A DNA stretch of 64,000 nucleotides. It comes from the human T2T-CHM13v2.0 reference genome, Homo sapiens. The translations under genes and the position numbers were made by a program. Below, in pieces: positions 29,179 through 47,899 of this stretch. How positions within the stretch are numbered: the stretch's first letter is position 1; each line of letters opens with the position of its first letter. The notes below the pieces were generated by a model. That model did not search any database, was not told where the DNA came from, and saw only the letters and a program-made list of their open reading frames with translations. The stretch is from the NCBI RefSeq assembly GCF_009914755.1, contig NC_060947.1; one strand, 5' to 3'.

Positions 29179-32100
29179 TATTGTGAAAATGGCCATACTG
29201 TCCAAAGCGATTTATACATGCAATGCTATTCTCATTAAATTACCACTGACATCCTTCAAAGAATTAGAAAAATCTATGTAAAATTCATATGGAACCAAAA
29301 AATAGCTTGTATAAGCAGGACTATCCTAAGCAAAAAGAGCAGCGTTAAAAGGGAAATCTATAGCACTAAATGCCCACATCAAAAAACTAGAAAGATCTCC
29401 GATTGACAGTCTAACATCACAACTAAAGGAACTAGAAAACCAAGAGCAAACAAACCCCAAAGCTAGCAGAAGACAAGAAATAAGCAAGATCAGAGTGTAA
29501 CTGAAGGAGATAGGGACATGAAAAACGCTTCAAAAAAATCAACAAATCCAGGAGCTGTCTTTTGAAAAAAAAAATGCAAATAAACTAGAAAATCGAGAAA
29601 AAATGGACAAATTCCTGGACACATACACCCTCCCAAGACTGAACCAGGAAGAAGCTGAATCCTTGAATAGATCAATAACAAGTTCTGAAATTGAGGCAGT
29701 AATAAATAGCCTGCTAACCAAAAAAAGATCAGGAACAGATGGATTTACATCTGAATTATATCAGAGTTACAAAGAGAAGCTGGTACCATTTCTTCTGAAA
29801 CGATTCCAAACAATTAAAAAGGAGGGACTCCTCCCTAACTCATTTTACGAGGCCAGCATCATCCTGATACTAAAACCTGGCAGGGACACAACAGAAAACT
29901 TCAGGCCAATATCCCTGCTGAACATTGATGCAAAAATTCTCAATAAAATACTGACAAACCGAATCCAGCAGCACATCAAAAAGCTTATTCACCATGATCA
30001 AGTTGGCTTCATCCCCAGGATACAAGGATGGATCAGCAAACACAAATCAATAAAAGTTATTCATCACATAACCAGAACTAAAGACAAAAACCACATGATT
30101 ATCTCAATAGACACAAAAAAGCCCTTTGATGAAATTCAACATCGCTTCATGTTAAAAACACTCAATAAACTAGATATTTATGCAACATACCTCAAAATAA
30201 TAAGAGCCATTTATGACAAACCCACAGCCAATATCATACTGAATGGGCAAAACCTGGAAGCATTTCTCTTGAAAACAGGCACAAGACAAGGATGCCCTCT
30301 GTCACCACCATTTTTCAACATAGTGTCGGAAGTTCTGGCTAGGGCAATCAGGCAAGAGAAAGAAATAAAGGGAATGCAAATGGGAAGACAGAAAGTCAAA
30401 TTATCTTTGCAGATGACATGATTCTATATCTAGAAATCCCCATCATATTCACCCAAAAGCTTCTTAAGCTGATAAGAAACTTCAGAAAAGTCTCAGGATA
30501 CAAAATCAATGTGCAAAACTAATAAGCATTCCCATACACCAACAACAGACAAGCAGAGAGCCAAATCATGAATGAACCCCCATTCATAATTTCTACAAAG
30601 AGAATAAAATACCTAGGAGTACCACTGTCAAGGGAAGTGAAGGAACTCTTCAAGGAGAACTACAAACCACTGCTCAAGAAAGTCAGAGAGAACACTAACA
30701 AATGAAAAATCATTCCATGCTCATGGATAGGAACAATCAACATTGTGAAAATGGCCATACTGCCAAAGTAATTTATAGATGCAATGTTATTCCCATTAAA
30801 CTATCATTGTCATTCTTCCCAGAATTAGAAGAAATTACTTTAAAATTCATATGGAACCAAAAAAGAGCCCATGTAGCAAGACAATCATTAGCAAAAAGAA
30901 CAAAGCTGGAGGCATCTTGCTACCTGACTTAAAACTATACTACAAGGCTACACAGTAACCAAAACAGTGTGGTACTAGTACAATAGACCAATGTACATAG
31001 ACCAATGGAACAGAATGGAGAACTCAGAAATAAGACTGCGCATCTACAACCACCTGATCTTGGCCAATCTGACAAAAACAAGCAATTGGGAAAGAATTCC
31101 CTATTTAAAAAATGGTGCTGGGAGAACTGGCTAGCCATAGGCAGAATAGAGAAACTGGATCCCTTCCTTACACATCATACAAAAATTAACTCAAGATGGG
31201 TTAAAGACTTAAATGTAAAACTCCAACGTATAAAAACTCCAGAAGAAAATCCAGGCAATACCATTCAGAACACAGGCAAGGGCAAAGATTTCATGATGAA
31301 AATGCCAAAAGCAATTGCCACAAAAGCCAAAATTGACAAATGGGATCCAATTAGACTAAAGAGCTGCTGCACAGCAAAAGAAAGTATCATCAGGGTGAAA
31401 AGGCAACCTACAGAGTGGAAGTAAATTTTTGCAATCTATCCATCCGACAAAAGTCTAATATCCAGAATCTACAAGGAGCTTAAACAAATTTACAAGAAAA
31501 AAACAAACCCCATTAAAAACTGGGCAAAGGATATGAACAGACACTTCTCAAAACAAGACATTCATGTGACCAACAAATACATATTTAAAAAAATCTCAAC
31601 ATCAGAGATCATTAGAGAAATGCAAATCAAAACCACAATGAAGTACCATCTCACCTCAGTGAGAATGGTGTTTATTAAAAAGCCAAGAAACAACAATTGC
31701 TGGTGAGGTTGCAGAGAAATAGGAATGCTTTTCATTGTTGGTGGGGATGTAAATTAATTCAATCATTGTGGAAGATGGTGTGGCAATTCCTCAAAGATCT
31801 AGAACTGGAAATACCATTTGACCCAGCAATCCCATTACTGGGTACATACCTAAAGGAATATAAATCATTCTATTGCAAAGATATATGCACATGTATGGTC
31901 ATTGCAGCACTATTCACAATATCAAAGACATGGAATCAACTCAAATGCCCATCAATCATAGACTGGATAAAGAAAATGTGGTACATACACATCATGGAAT
32001 GCTATGTTATGCAGCCATAAAAAGGAACGAGAACATGTCCTTTGCAGGAACATGGATGGAGCTGGAAGCCATTATCCTCTGCATACTGATGCTGGAACAG

Positions 32101-32366
32101 AATACCAAATACCACACGTTCTTACTTATAAGTGGGAGCTGAATAATGAGAACACATGGACAAAGGGAGGGGAACAACACACACTGAGGCCTGCCAGAGG
32201 GTGGGGTGGGGGAGGAAGAGCATTCGGAAAAATAGCCAGTGCATGCTGGACTTAATACCTAGGTGATGGACTGATACGCGCAGCAAACCACCATGGCACA
32301 TGTTTTACCTATGTACCAAACCTGCACATCCTGTACATGTACTCCGGAATTAAAAATAAAAATAAA

Positions 32367-34768
32367 ACGTTAATCCACCACAATTAAGTAGGCTTTATCC
32401 CTGGAATGCATGATTGGATGAACATATGTAAATCAATAAATGTGGTTCACTGCATAAACAGAACTAAAAACAAAACCAACATGATTATCTCAATAGATGC
32501 AGAAAAAGTTTTCAATAAAATCCAACATCTCTTTGTGTTAAAAACCCTCAATAAAAAACAAAAAAATAAAGGCATTGAAGAAAAATGTTTCAAAATAATA
32601 AGAGCCATCTATGAAAAACTCACAGCCAAAGTCATAATGAATGGGCAAAAGCTGAAAATATTCCCTTTGAGAACTAGAAAAAGGCAAGGATGCCCTCTCT
32701 CACCACTCATATTTAACACAGTACTGGAAGTCCTAGGCAGAGCAATCAGTCAAGAGAAAGAAATAGAGGGCATCCAAATAGGAATAGAGGGAGTCAAACT
32801 AACCCTGTTAGCAAACATTATGATTCTATTCCTAGAAATCTTTATATTGTGTGTCCCAAAGCTCCTTGATCTGATACAGAAGGTTAGCAAATTTCACAGT
32901 ATAAAAACAATGTGCAAAGATCAGTGGAATTCCTGTACATTGACAACATCTAAGCAGACAGCCAAATCAAGAATGTAATCCCATTCACAATAGCCACACA
33001 CACAAAAAAAAAAATCTAGAAATTCCACTAACCAAGGTGGCAAAAGACTTCTACAATGAGAATTACAAAACACTACTCAAAGAAATAAGAGGTGTCAAAA
33101 AAAATGGAAAAACATTTCATGCTCATGGAAAGGAATAATCAATATTGTCAAAATGGCCATAGTGTCCTAACCAATTTACAGAGTCAATGTTATCACTGTC
33201 AAAGTACCAATGACATTGTTCACAGAATTAAATCAAAGTATTTTAAAATACATATGGAACAACAACAACAACAAAGAGCTTGAATAGCCAAGGCAATCCC
33301 AAGCAAAAAGAACAAGGCTGGCGGCATCACATTACCTGACTTCAAACTATACTACAAGGCTACAGTAATGAAAACAGCATGGCACTGGTACAAAAAAAGA
33401 CACATAGATCAATGGAACAGAACAGAGAGCCCAAAAATATTGCCACGCACCTACAATTATCTGATCTTTAAGGAAAATACACAAGCATAAGAAATGTGGA
33501 AAGGACTCTCTATTCAATAAATGTTGCTGGGAAAACTGTGTAGCCATATGCAGAAGATTGAAACTGGACCCCTTAACTCAAGTTGAATTAAAAACCTAAA
33601 TGTATAACCGAATACTAGAAAAACTCTGAAAGATAACTTAGGAAGTACCATTCTGGACATTCTTGACATAGGACCTAGCAAAGCCTTCATGACAAAGGCG
33701 CCAAAAGCAACTACAACAATAACAAAAAAAAATTGTAAGATATCTAATTAAGTTAAAGAGTTTCTGCACAGCAAAATAAACTATTAACACAGTAAACAAC
33801 CTACAGAATAGGAGAAAATATTTGCAAAGTATACTATCCAGCATCTATATCTAGCATCTATAACAACATACAGCATCTATAAGAAACTTAAACAAATTTA
33901 CAAAAAAAAAACCAAACAACTTTATTAAGAAAGTGGGCAAAGTACATGAACAGACACTTTACAAAAGAAGACATTCATGTGGCTAACAAGCTATGGAAAA
34001 AATGCTCAATATCACTAATCATTAGGAAAATGTAAATCAAAACCACAAAGAGATACCATCTCATACCAGTCAGAATGGCTATCATTAAATGTCAAAAAAT
34101 AGAAGATGCTGGTAAGGTTGTGGAGAAAAGAACACTTATCCACTGCTGCCGAGAATGTAAACTAGTTCAGCCAGTGTGGAAAGCAGTTAGGCAATTTCTT
34201 AAAGAACTTAAAACAGAATTAACATTTGACCCAGCAATCACCATCATTGGGTATATTTCCCCCAAAAGTATAATTCACTCTACCAGAAAGACACATGCCT
34301 GCACATGTCCACTGCAGCACTATTCACAATGGCAAAGACATGGAATCAACCTAAATGCCCATTAGTAGTAGACTGGATAAAGAAAATGTGGTATATGTAC
34401 ACCACAGAATACTATGCAGCCATAAAAAAAGAATGAGATAATATCCTTTGCAGGAACGTGGATGCATCTGAAGGCTGTTTTCCTAAGCAAGGTAACACAG
34501 GATAAAGAAACCAAATATCACATGCTCTCACTTATAAGTGGGAGCTAATCACTGAGTAGATATGGACACAAAGAAGGGAACAATAGACACTGGGGCCTAC
34601 TTGTGGGTGGAGGGTGAGAGGAGGGTAAGGATTGAAAAACTACCTATTGGGTACTATGTTTATTACCTGGGTGACAAAATAATTTGTACACCAAACCCCT
34701 GTGACATGCAATTTACCTATATAGCAAACCTGCACATGTGCTCTCAAACCTAAAGTAAAATTTAAAAA
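32367..34768 (+). mobile_element. 5'-truncated L1PA15/16-like LINE-1
   Basis: ORF2 RT to C-terminal remnants (32406-32978 and others). 3'UTR gaaaaactacctattgggtactatg...caccaaacccctgtgacatgcaatttacc. Confidence 0.85.
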
Positions 34769-35451
34769 TATGTTCTTCTTTCTGATAAATGCATGATGAG
34801 GAATTTTCAGATGAAGAAAATTCTACATTTTCCCAAAAGGGAAGGCCATATATATGTTCAGAAAATCTTTGGGTGGATTAGCCAAGATTAACCAGATTAA
34901 CAATGTGAATCTGGTGAGTAGTATCCCATGATAAGCATATTCATTGGTGAGTGGGATAACCTGTTGAGAATATTCTTTGTATTAGTCCTTTTGTCTTTTC
35001 TGTAAATTTGAAATACTTCAAAACAAAACACATTTAAAAAACAAGGTCCCTGCTCTTAACATTGTGTTTCTTGAGTAATTATTCTTTTCCTCAAACCCCA
35101 TTAAATAGATATTAATACACAGGAATAGTTGCAGGTCAGAGATAAATAGGAGATAAAAACATCTGAAATATATTTTGAAAAATGGCTGCATTATCATATC
35201 CATTTAACTGATCTGAATAATGATTATTACTAATAACTCAATAATAATTACGATATCATGCTAAGCCAGTCTATGAAATTTATAGTCAAAATTTATTTGA
35301 TTCGTGTTTTTCTAACATACAGTTCCTTTTGAAATACTACATTGTAAAATTATCTGGAATAATTTTTATTATTAATATAGATTCATATATATTAAGGCAT
35401 ACATACAAGATTTGGTATGTTTCAAAATTATTATAGTGTGGCAAAATCATT

Positions 35452-35782
35452 GCAGTATATTGTGTTAATGTTCCCAATTATTTGTTACCTCTCCCCATGA
35501 AAGGATTATAGTTTCTTGCTCTGTGGATGTCAAGCTTGATATTGACATATGTCATGTTTATGTTTTAAGAGGCATTGCATGAGTCCATCATTCTTTTCAT
35601 TCTACAAATAGCTTGTCTCAGATTTGGGGGCTCCTCCAAACTAGATCCTGGAACAAAAATGATGCAGGGAACACCTCCAGAGCTAACAAGTAACATGTAT
35701 AAGAAGCAAATCTTTGTTGTTGTAAGTCACTGAGCTTTTAGGGCTGTTTGTTCTCAAAGCACAAAATAACAAAAACTAATAA
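35452..35782 (+). mobile_element. MLT1-type MaLR solo LTR (old)
   Basis: 3' signature ctttgttgttgtaagtcactgagcttttagggctgtttgtt...gca...aactaata. Confidence 0.6.
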
Positions 35783-35999
35783 TAACATAATACTAATCAT
35801 GGTAACACCTATTTTAGAATATATTTAGAAATTATGTATTACATTCATATTGAGAACTGAAAGAAATTCCAGACTCTTCAAGTTTAGATTTAAAATACAT
35901 AAAAATTCTTTGCTAGATGTGTGGGGCATGAGGGGGATTGTAAAGTCACATTTCAGGTTCAGATCACTAGGAAAAGACTTTTTACCAAACTACACTTTT

Positions 36000-38816
<2,817 letters not shown>

Positions 38817-39483
38817 CAAACTACACTTTTGAGGTAAATGCTTGTGAGGTATATGGGAGTCATCAACTTTGAGGGAATCAGAGTACAGGGAACTCAAATT
38901 TCACAATGAATTATTTGAAAAGACTTTTAAAAATCTATTCTGTGGGACATATGTAACTTATAAATTGTCCTAATTCCCTATAACTGGAAATGAATTTTGT
39001 TTTTCCACTTTAATGTGAAAGACCCTAATTTTTATGACATCCTTTATAAAATCTTACTTTGAGACAAATGGAATTAAAAGGTTATTATGATAGCAATATG
39101 TTGCTATGTTAATAGTATGCTTGGACCATTATGAACAGGCCTAACAGTTATGAAGACTGACAACAATGTGCTGGCTACAAGGACTTCACAATTTGTAAAG
39201 GTAGCCTGGACAAAAATACAGTTTTAAACTTTATTCTTTCATTCTTAAGTTTCATGGTACATGCCTATAATAAGATGCTAAAAGAACAAATCCTACTTAG
39301 AAGGAAATTTAGTGAGTACATTTACATACTCTTAAAAAATGTCTTGCGCAACTTTTAAAAAATGTATTTTAAATACAAAATAATACATAGGATAAAAATC
39401 AAATCATACCTAGATATACAAGGGGAAAATGTGAAAGCCTCATTTCAACTCCGTCTGATCTGAATCCTATCCCTCAGAGGCAA

Positions 39484-39549
39484 CCACTTTTAAACGTTTG
39501 GAACATATTTATCTATCCACTTTTAAACGTTTGGAACATATTTATCTAT
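39484..39549. repeat. Perfect 2 x 33-bp tandem duplication
   Basis: CCACTTTTAAACGTTTGGAACATATTTATCTAT at 39484-39516 and 39517-39549. Confidence 0.95.
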
Positions 39550-39650
39550 CTGCCTGCAAATACACACAAATAAATAAGCTTTTTCCTTCTTGAGTGCTAT
39601 CAGACTATACATTTGGTTCTATGATTTGCTTTCTTTACTAGTCGATATAA

Positions 39651-40007
<357 letters not shown>

Positions 40008-40319
40008 ATTCTCTTGCAACATTGTATAGTATTGCAGTGGGAATATCTCCACAATGTATTTGACCATTTCCTGTTGATGGGAACTTAGGCTATGTCAAAT
40101 ATTTTTGCTTCTACCAACCATGCCGCAACGAACATTCTTATACATTATCAATGTAGAGTATTATAAAAATATCTATCTCCCAGAAGTAATGGCTATTAAA
40201 TCCTCAACGAGATCCAGATAATTTGGTTTCCTTGCTTGAAAGGGACAAATATGCAGAGATGCCTCCATGACCACTCTTAAGCAGCATATTTATGATTATG
40301 ATGATGGTAATGAGGATGA

Positions 40320-40735
40320 TAATGGTAACTAATATTTGCTGAATACCCAAATGTCTGGCACTTTGCATTTATAAACTTATTTACTTGTCACAAAAAAGCC
40401 TGTGAGGTTAGCAATGCCGTATTTCCTCAATTCTAAGATTCACATCTTTTGAGATTTTTGGATTAGGGATGCTGAATTGATAAGTATAATGCAAATATTA
40501 CAAAATTCGAAAAAAAAAATCCAAAACCCAAACACTTCTTGTCCCAAGCATTTCAGATAAGGCATACTCAACCTCTATTTACTGGTTGTGACAGCATATA
40601 GTATTGCTCTCATTTCATAAATGAGGAAACAGATTCAGAGAAGTTAAGTACTCTATTCAACATCAGACATTTAGTAAATGACAATAATGGGACACTCACC
40701 CAGGCAATCTGACGTGAATTTGTACTTTTAACTCC
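40320..40735 (-). mobile_element. MIR split by DNA-transposon relics
   Basis: MIR halves at about 40320-40415 and 40600-40735 (catttcataaatgaggaaacagattcagagaagttaagt). Confidence 0.55.
40450..40576. mobile_element. MER46/Tigger4-like DNA transposon end
   Basis: Terminus aaacacttcttgtcccaagcatttcagataaggcatactcaacct. Confidence 0.65.
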
Positions 40736-40914
40736 TTTTCCTGAAGTGCATGAAGTTATAGTAACAAGGTAGAACAAATGTTGAGCACCAATCCCCCATG
40801 CATACACCACACACATCAAAATGTAGCACTGATTATAAATATCTAGAGGATTTATAGATGGTTTTTATTTACTTATATTCTTCTGCAATTTTCCAGTTTT
40901 CTACATTGAATTAG

Positions 40915-43900
40915 TTTTTTAACATATTGTAGGAAGTTTTGAACTCATACAAAACTAGAGAGAATAATAATCATGAACTCCCCCATATATCCATTACTGA
41001 GCTTCAACAATGATTAATTCATCTATTCCTGGACCCATTAGCCAACACTTATTATTTCCAAGCAAATTCCATGCTTCATATTATACCATATGTAAATATT
41101 TCTGAATTAATCTCTAAAGACAATGATTTTTAAAAACCATGATCCTATTATCTCAGGTAAAAATTAATAATAATTATTTAATATCATCACATATCCAGTG
41201 TTCAGATATCCCCAATCATCTCATTTTTTAATCTTTCAATATTGAGATAATTTGTCTTAGGTGAAAATTGCAAAAATTTTGTAAAAAATAGTGCAGAACT
41301 TTCTTGAATACTCTTTTCTGCTTCTCCTAATATTATCTGTAGGATCATAATTTAAAATACTACTTAAATCAGGAAATTAACATTGAAACAGTACTATCAA
41401 CTAATCTACAGATCTTATTAGAATTTCAGCAGTTTTCCCACTGATTTCCTTTCTATGGTTCAATTGCAATCTGGGATCCTATATTGCTTTTAGTTGTCAT
41501 ACCTCCTTAGCCTCCTCCAGTCAATGACAGCCCCTCAGTCTTTCTATATCTTTCATGACCTTGACACTCTGAAATAGTATGGTATGCCAAGCAGTTATTT
41601 TCACAATGTCTTTGTAAAAATAAATAAACAGTGGTGTTGCCTCATGAGTGCATTTTGGCAAGAACACCATGGATGTGATGTTATTTCCTTCTCGGTGCAT
41701 AGTATCACAAGGCGCACAAGGTTCACATGTCTTTTATTGGTGACTGGTGATGATGACTTTAATGATTTGGTTTAAAGTGGTTTCCACCAGTTTTCTCCAT
41801 TGTAAAGTTACTATATTTTCCTTGCAATTAATACGTATCTTATGGGGAGACAGTCTGAGACTACACAGATACCCTATGTCTCATCTTTCCACCCACTAAT
41901 TTTAGCATCCATTGACGATTCTTGTCTGTAATAAATGTTACAGTGGTTTGTGCTTAATGGTGGCTATTTCTATCACTTTTGCACATTTTTAATTGAAATT
42001 CATCTGCAAGAAGAGCTGTTTCCCAAATCTTAACTTTATTATTCATTTATTTATTTATTATATGACTATAGATTTATGGGTATCTATTGTATTATATTAT
42101 AATCCAAGACTATTACTATTTACTTTTTTGTTCAAATTATCACAGATTTGTTGACTGGGAGCTCCTTCAAGCTTTGTCCGTGTCTTTTCAACATGCCCCC
42201 ATCATTTATTTATCCTTCCTTACATTTTGGCAACATAAGATGTTTCTGGCTACTCTTGTTTTGTTTCCTGCCCCAGGCTTGAAATTAACCATGACTCCAA
42301 AAAGCCCTAATTATTTTTATTGTAAAAAAAATTTAGAAACCACAATCCAGGCATTAAGTATGATCACAGCTAATGTTTTGTCATTGTTTCTAGGTCCTCT
42401 CAGTGAACAAAGCTAGGAAATATATGTATGTATACACCCACACAAATATCCACATCTACATTTATTTCTATATCTATCCTTATGTGTGCACATGTGTATA
42501 TATTGATATATACATATTTACATATTGATAATGTTCTTACATCTATATTTATATATACAGATATACACACATTTATACTGATATCTCTGATTCTAATTCA
42601 CATAGCTCATTTTAGCCTTCTCCCTTTCCCTTGTTTGTAACTCCTTTTATGAAACCTGTTATTACTCACAACATTTGTTCAGTCCTAATATACCCATTAA
42701 GTAATTATAAAATTGTTAACACACACCATTGTAAAAAACAACTTTCTTCACTAGAGTACAACTGCTGTGTACATTTATTTTTGTCTTTCTTTAGACTTAC
42801 AGTATGCATTTTTAATAGTACTTTCCATAGTTACTTAGGTTAGCTTACTTTTTTTCTTCCCCACTCACTTCAGTGTGGTTTTATTACTCATTTGTAATAT
42901 AGCTAGGTTCACTTGTAATGAATTGCATTGAACTTTTGTTTCTTGCAAAATCATGGTTGATTTTAATTATTTGTTTATTTTTGGAGGGTATGTGAAACAT
43001 TCTCATGGCTCTGTTACAGCTACACAAAAAAGTATATTCACAAAACTGTTGCTCCCCGTCATTTCTACCACTCCCTTCTCATTCTCTCATTCTTTGTACC
43101 TCATACACACTAACTACCTGTAGCCTCTCATTAAGTCTCTGGCTTCCTGTATTTCTTTTGCACAATTAAGCAGATATATGTACATATTTTTACACCTCCT
43201 TCATCACATGAAGGATAACATATTACAGATATTCTTTTGCCTTTAACACTTTTAATTTAATGATATGTTCCAGAAATCACTCCATATTAGCTCATAATGA
43301 TCTTCCATTTTCTTTTTTACAGCTTCATGCCACCACACTGTATGAATGTGTCACAGTGTATATGGGTATTTATATTGTTTTCAATATTTTGTAAATATAA
43401 ATAATGTTGCATATTCACTGAATAACTCTGTGCATATTCACTTTTGTATTGTTGAAAGTGTATCTACAGGGAAGACTTCTAGAAATGGGATTGGTAAGCC
43501 AAAAGATAAAGCTGTATTATTTGTTAGGTATAGATAGGATAGATATAAAAATAAATGTAGATGTGGATATTTGTGTGGGTGTATACATGCATATATTTCC
43601 TAGCTTTGTTCACTGAGAGGACCTAGAAGCAATGCTTTCAAAAGCATTATACTAGCTTGCATTGGCACCAGCAATGTCTTATCTGTCTTTAACAATATGC
43701 TTGCTTAAATCAGGATCCAGATAAGCTCTATACATTGCAAGCAGTTGATACGTTTCTTAATTCTCTTTTAATCTGTAGGTGTTCTGGACTACTCCAATCC
43801 CTGTCTGTCTTTTTTTATTTAAATGTATTTGTCTAAAAACCCATATCTGCATTGCAGAGTTTCCCACAGGTTGGATTTTTCTGACTGCATTCAATGATGT

Positions 43901-44040
43901 CATTTGTCATGTAATTCTGTGCTTTGCATTTCCCATAAATTATTAAATTTAGAGGCTTGATCAGATTTGAGTGAACTTTTCTGGCAAAAATATTTCATAG
44001 AAGGTATTGTGTACCTTACTAAAAGGCACCTTGTGACTGG
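40915..44040 (-). mobile_element. Mosaic of ancient L1MC/L1ME-type 3' fragments
   Basis: Antisense old-L1 3'UTR motifs, e.g. ttctccattgtaaagttactat, ccactaattttagcatccattga, ctaggtcctctcagtgaacaaagctagg. Internal boundaries unresolved. Confidence 0.6.
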
Positions 44041-44519
44041 CAACCTAAAAATTTTTTAAACAGTTTATTATGTACCTTAAAGATGTATTTTTAAGATGAG
44101 GAAAAAAGTAAAGAAAAATATTTTCTATATGTGCCACCACATATAAGCTATTTCAAAAATAATTTATTATTATATTTCATCTGGTAATAAAATTGACATA
44201 TATTCATCTCAAAAAAAATTGTGAGTAGAACAGTAGATGCTGCTAGACAACATTAGGATGGCTTCCTGGCTCATAAGGATTACCTAATGGTTATGTCTAT
44301 GTTATTTAACCTGCCTTCACAGCCACCTGTGACTCAAGCTGGGTAATCAGAATCTCTTCACTGGAAATTTAAAACTTGGAGACACAGAGAGAGAAATCAT
44401 GTTAATAGCAGCACTTTAGAAAACAAATATAGAAAATTATTGTTGCTAACATCCTTGGACAGAGAAGTGCCCTATTCCGGCTTGGGTATTCACTCCTTTG
44501 ATTCTGAGAGCTAATTAGA

Positions 44520-44661
44520 ACTTCCTCTACCTGACACCAAATCTGCCACTACCTTGATCTTGGACTTCCCAACTTCCAGAACTGTGAAAAATAAATTTCT
44601 GTTCCTTATAAGTCATTCAGTTTGTGGTACTTAATTATAGCAGCCCAAACAAACTAAGACA
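44520..44661 (+). mobile_element. MLT1A/B-type LTR 3' half
   Basis: ccttgatcttggacttccc...ccagaactgtga...aataaatttctgtt...tatagcagcccaaacaaactaagaca. Confidence 0.75.
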
Positions 44662-45029
44662 TCAACAAAAAAGAACCTTAACAACTACAATGATACCAAT
44701 CATTGATCAGAGATGAAATAATTTACCCAAGATGCTATGGGATAGTAATGGGAATCAGATCACCTAACACCCACTAAAAGATTGTACACAACAGGTCCTT
44801 CATTATCTTAGTTCCGTAGTATCTTGTCATTTTGGAAATATATCTTCTCTGATGCTAACATGGAAGGTAAAATAAGGGGTCAGAAAACTAAACAAGATAG
44901 GTAGTAAACCAGATAAGCTTCTTCTAATACCACAACTCACTGCACAAAACAATAAAGCCCATAAATAACATCATTGGGTACAGGCTATTTCTGGCCCTTA
45001 CTTTTCTAAAAGATCTCTATGCTAGTTAT

Positions 45030-45667
45030 TGAACAGATAGTTGCACTCCCAGGTTTATTGCAGCACTATTTATGATACCAAAGATATGCAATCAACCTAG
45101 GTGTTCATCAGTGGATGAATGGATATAGAAAATATGGCATATATACACACACAATGAATTATTGAGCCACAAAAAATAATAGAATCTTGTCATTTACCAT
45201 AGCATAGCTGGAACTGGAGGACATTATGCTAAGTGAAATAAGCCAGGCAAACAGAGATAAATGTCACATGTTCTCATATATGGAAACTAAAAAATTCACC
45301 TTATGGAGGTAATGAATAGAATGGTGGTTACCAGAGGCTAGGAATTGCAGTTGGGTAGGGGGAGATAAAGACAGGTGGTTAATGGGAACAAAAATACAGT
45401 TAGATAGAAGGAAGATCTAGTCTAGCGTTCAGTAGTACAATAGGGCCACTAATAGTTAACAACTATTTATTGTACATTTCAAAAAAAGCAGAAGAATAGA
45501 TTGGAATGCTCCCAACACAAAGAAATAATAGTTGATTGAGGTGATGGGTATCCCAGTTACCCAGATTTGATCATTATTCATTGCATGCTTGTATCAAAAT
45601 ATCACATTTACCTCATAAACACATACAACTATTATGTATATATAAAATTAAAAAATTAAAAATAATG
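45030..45667 (+). mobile_element. L1MA3/4-like 3' fragment
   Basis: L1MA 3'UTR with A-rich tail. TSD TATGCTAGTTAT at 45018-45029 and 45668-45679. Confidence 0.85.
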
Positions 45668-45860
45668 TATGCTAGTTATGCTTTTCTGTTTAGGCCGAAG
45701 TCATCTCTTTTATGACAGGAAGATGGGAAAGGAGTGCAATCGTTGAAAGTTAATTTATTTCAAACCCTTTACACAGCTTCTTCATTCATGCCTCACAATA
45801 TCTTGAGAATTAGGTAGCCATTATTCCCATTTTACAACTGATAAAATAGAAGTATTGCTA

Positions 45861-47470
<1,610 letters not shown>

Positions 47471-47479
47471 TTGTTAACA

Positions 47480-47722
47480 TTTTTGAAGTTTTAATTATTA
47501 TGGATATATAATAGTTGTACATATTTATGGGGTACATGTGATATTTTGATTAGAACATACAATGTGTAATAATCAAATCAGAGTAGATGGTATAACCATC
47601 ACCTCAAGCATTTATCATTTCTTTATGTTAGAATCATCTCAATTCCGCTTTTTAGTTATTTTGAAATACATAATAAATTATTGTTAACTATAGTCGTCCT
47701 ATTACGCTACCAAACACGAAAT
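47480..47722 (-). mobile_element. L1MA4/5-like 3' end
   Basis: gtacatatttatggggtacatgtgatattttga...ttgttaactatagtc. Confidence 0.75.
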
Positions 47723-47899
47723 CACAAATACCAGGAAAGTTAACGGAGAACTGGATCAGGAGCCAAAATGTTTACATTCGAATTAAGGCTCTGGATTAAT
47801 GAAAATGCGTAACCAGGAAAAGAAAGAACAAGAATAATGGGGACATAGAGGGTGAGAGAGGAGAAAAACGAGAAGAAAAAGCCATGTAAGGAAAAAGAA

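Larger units (their letters stand above)
23973..32366 (+). mobile_element. Full-length L1PA10/11-like LINE-1 with an internal ORF2 duplication
   Basis: 5' end ggggaggggccaagat, ORF1 remnant from 25328, ORF2 remnant from 26416. ORF2 restarts at 29338. 3'UTR and tail at about 32140-32366. Confidence 0.85.

Noticed and set aside
34811-34913. Plus-strand exon-like segment (ttttcAG|ATGAAG...CTG|GTGAGT)
   Set aside because: Stops in all three frames, short pyrimidine tract, and no partner exons or promoter seen on that strand.
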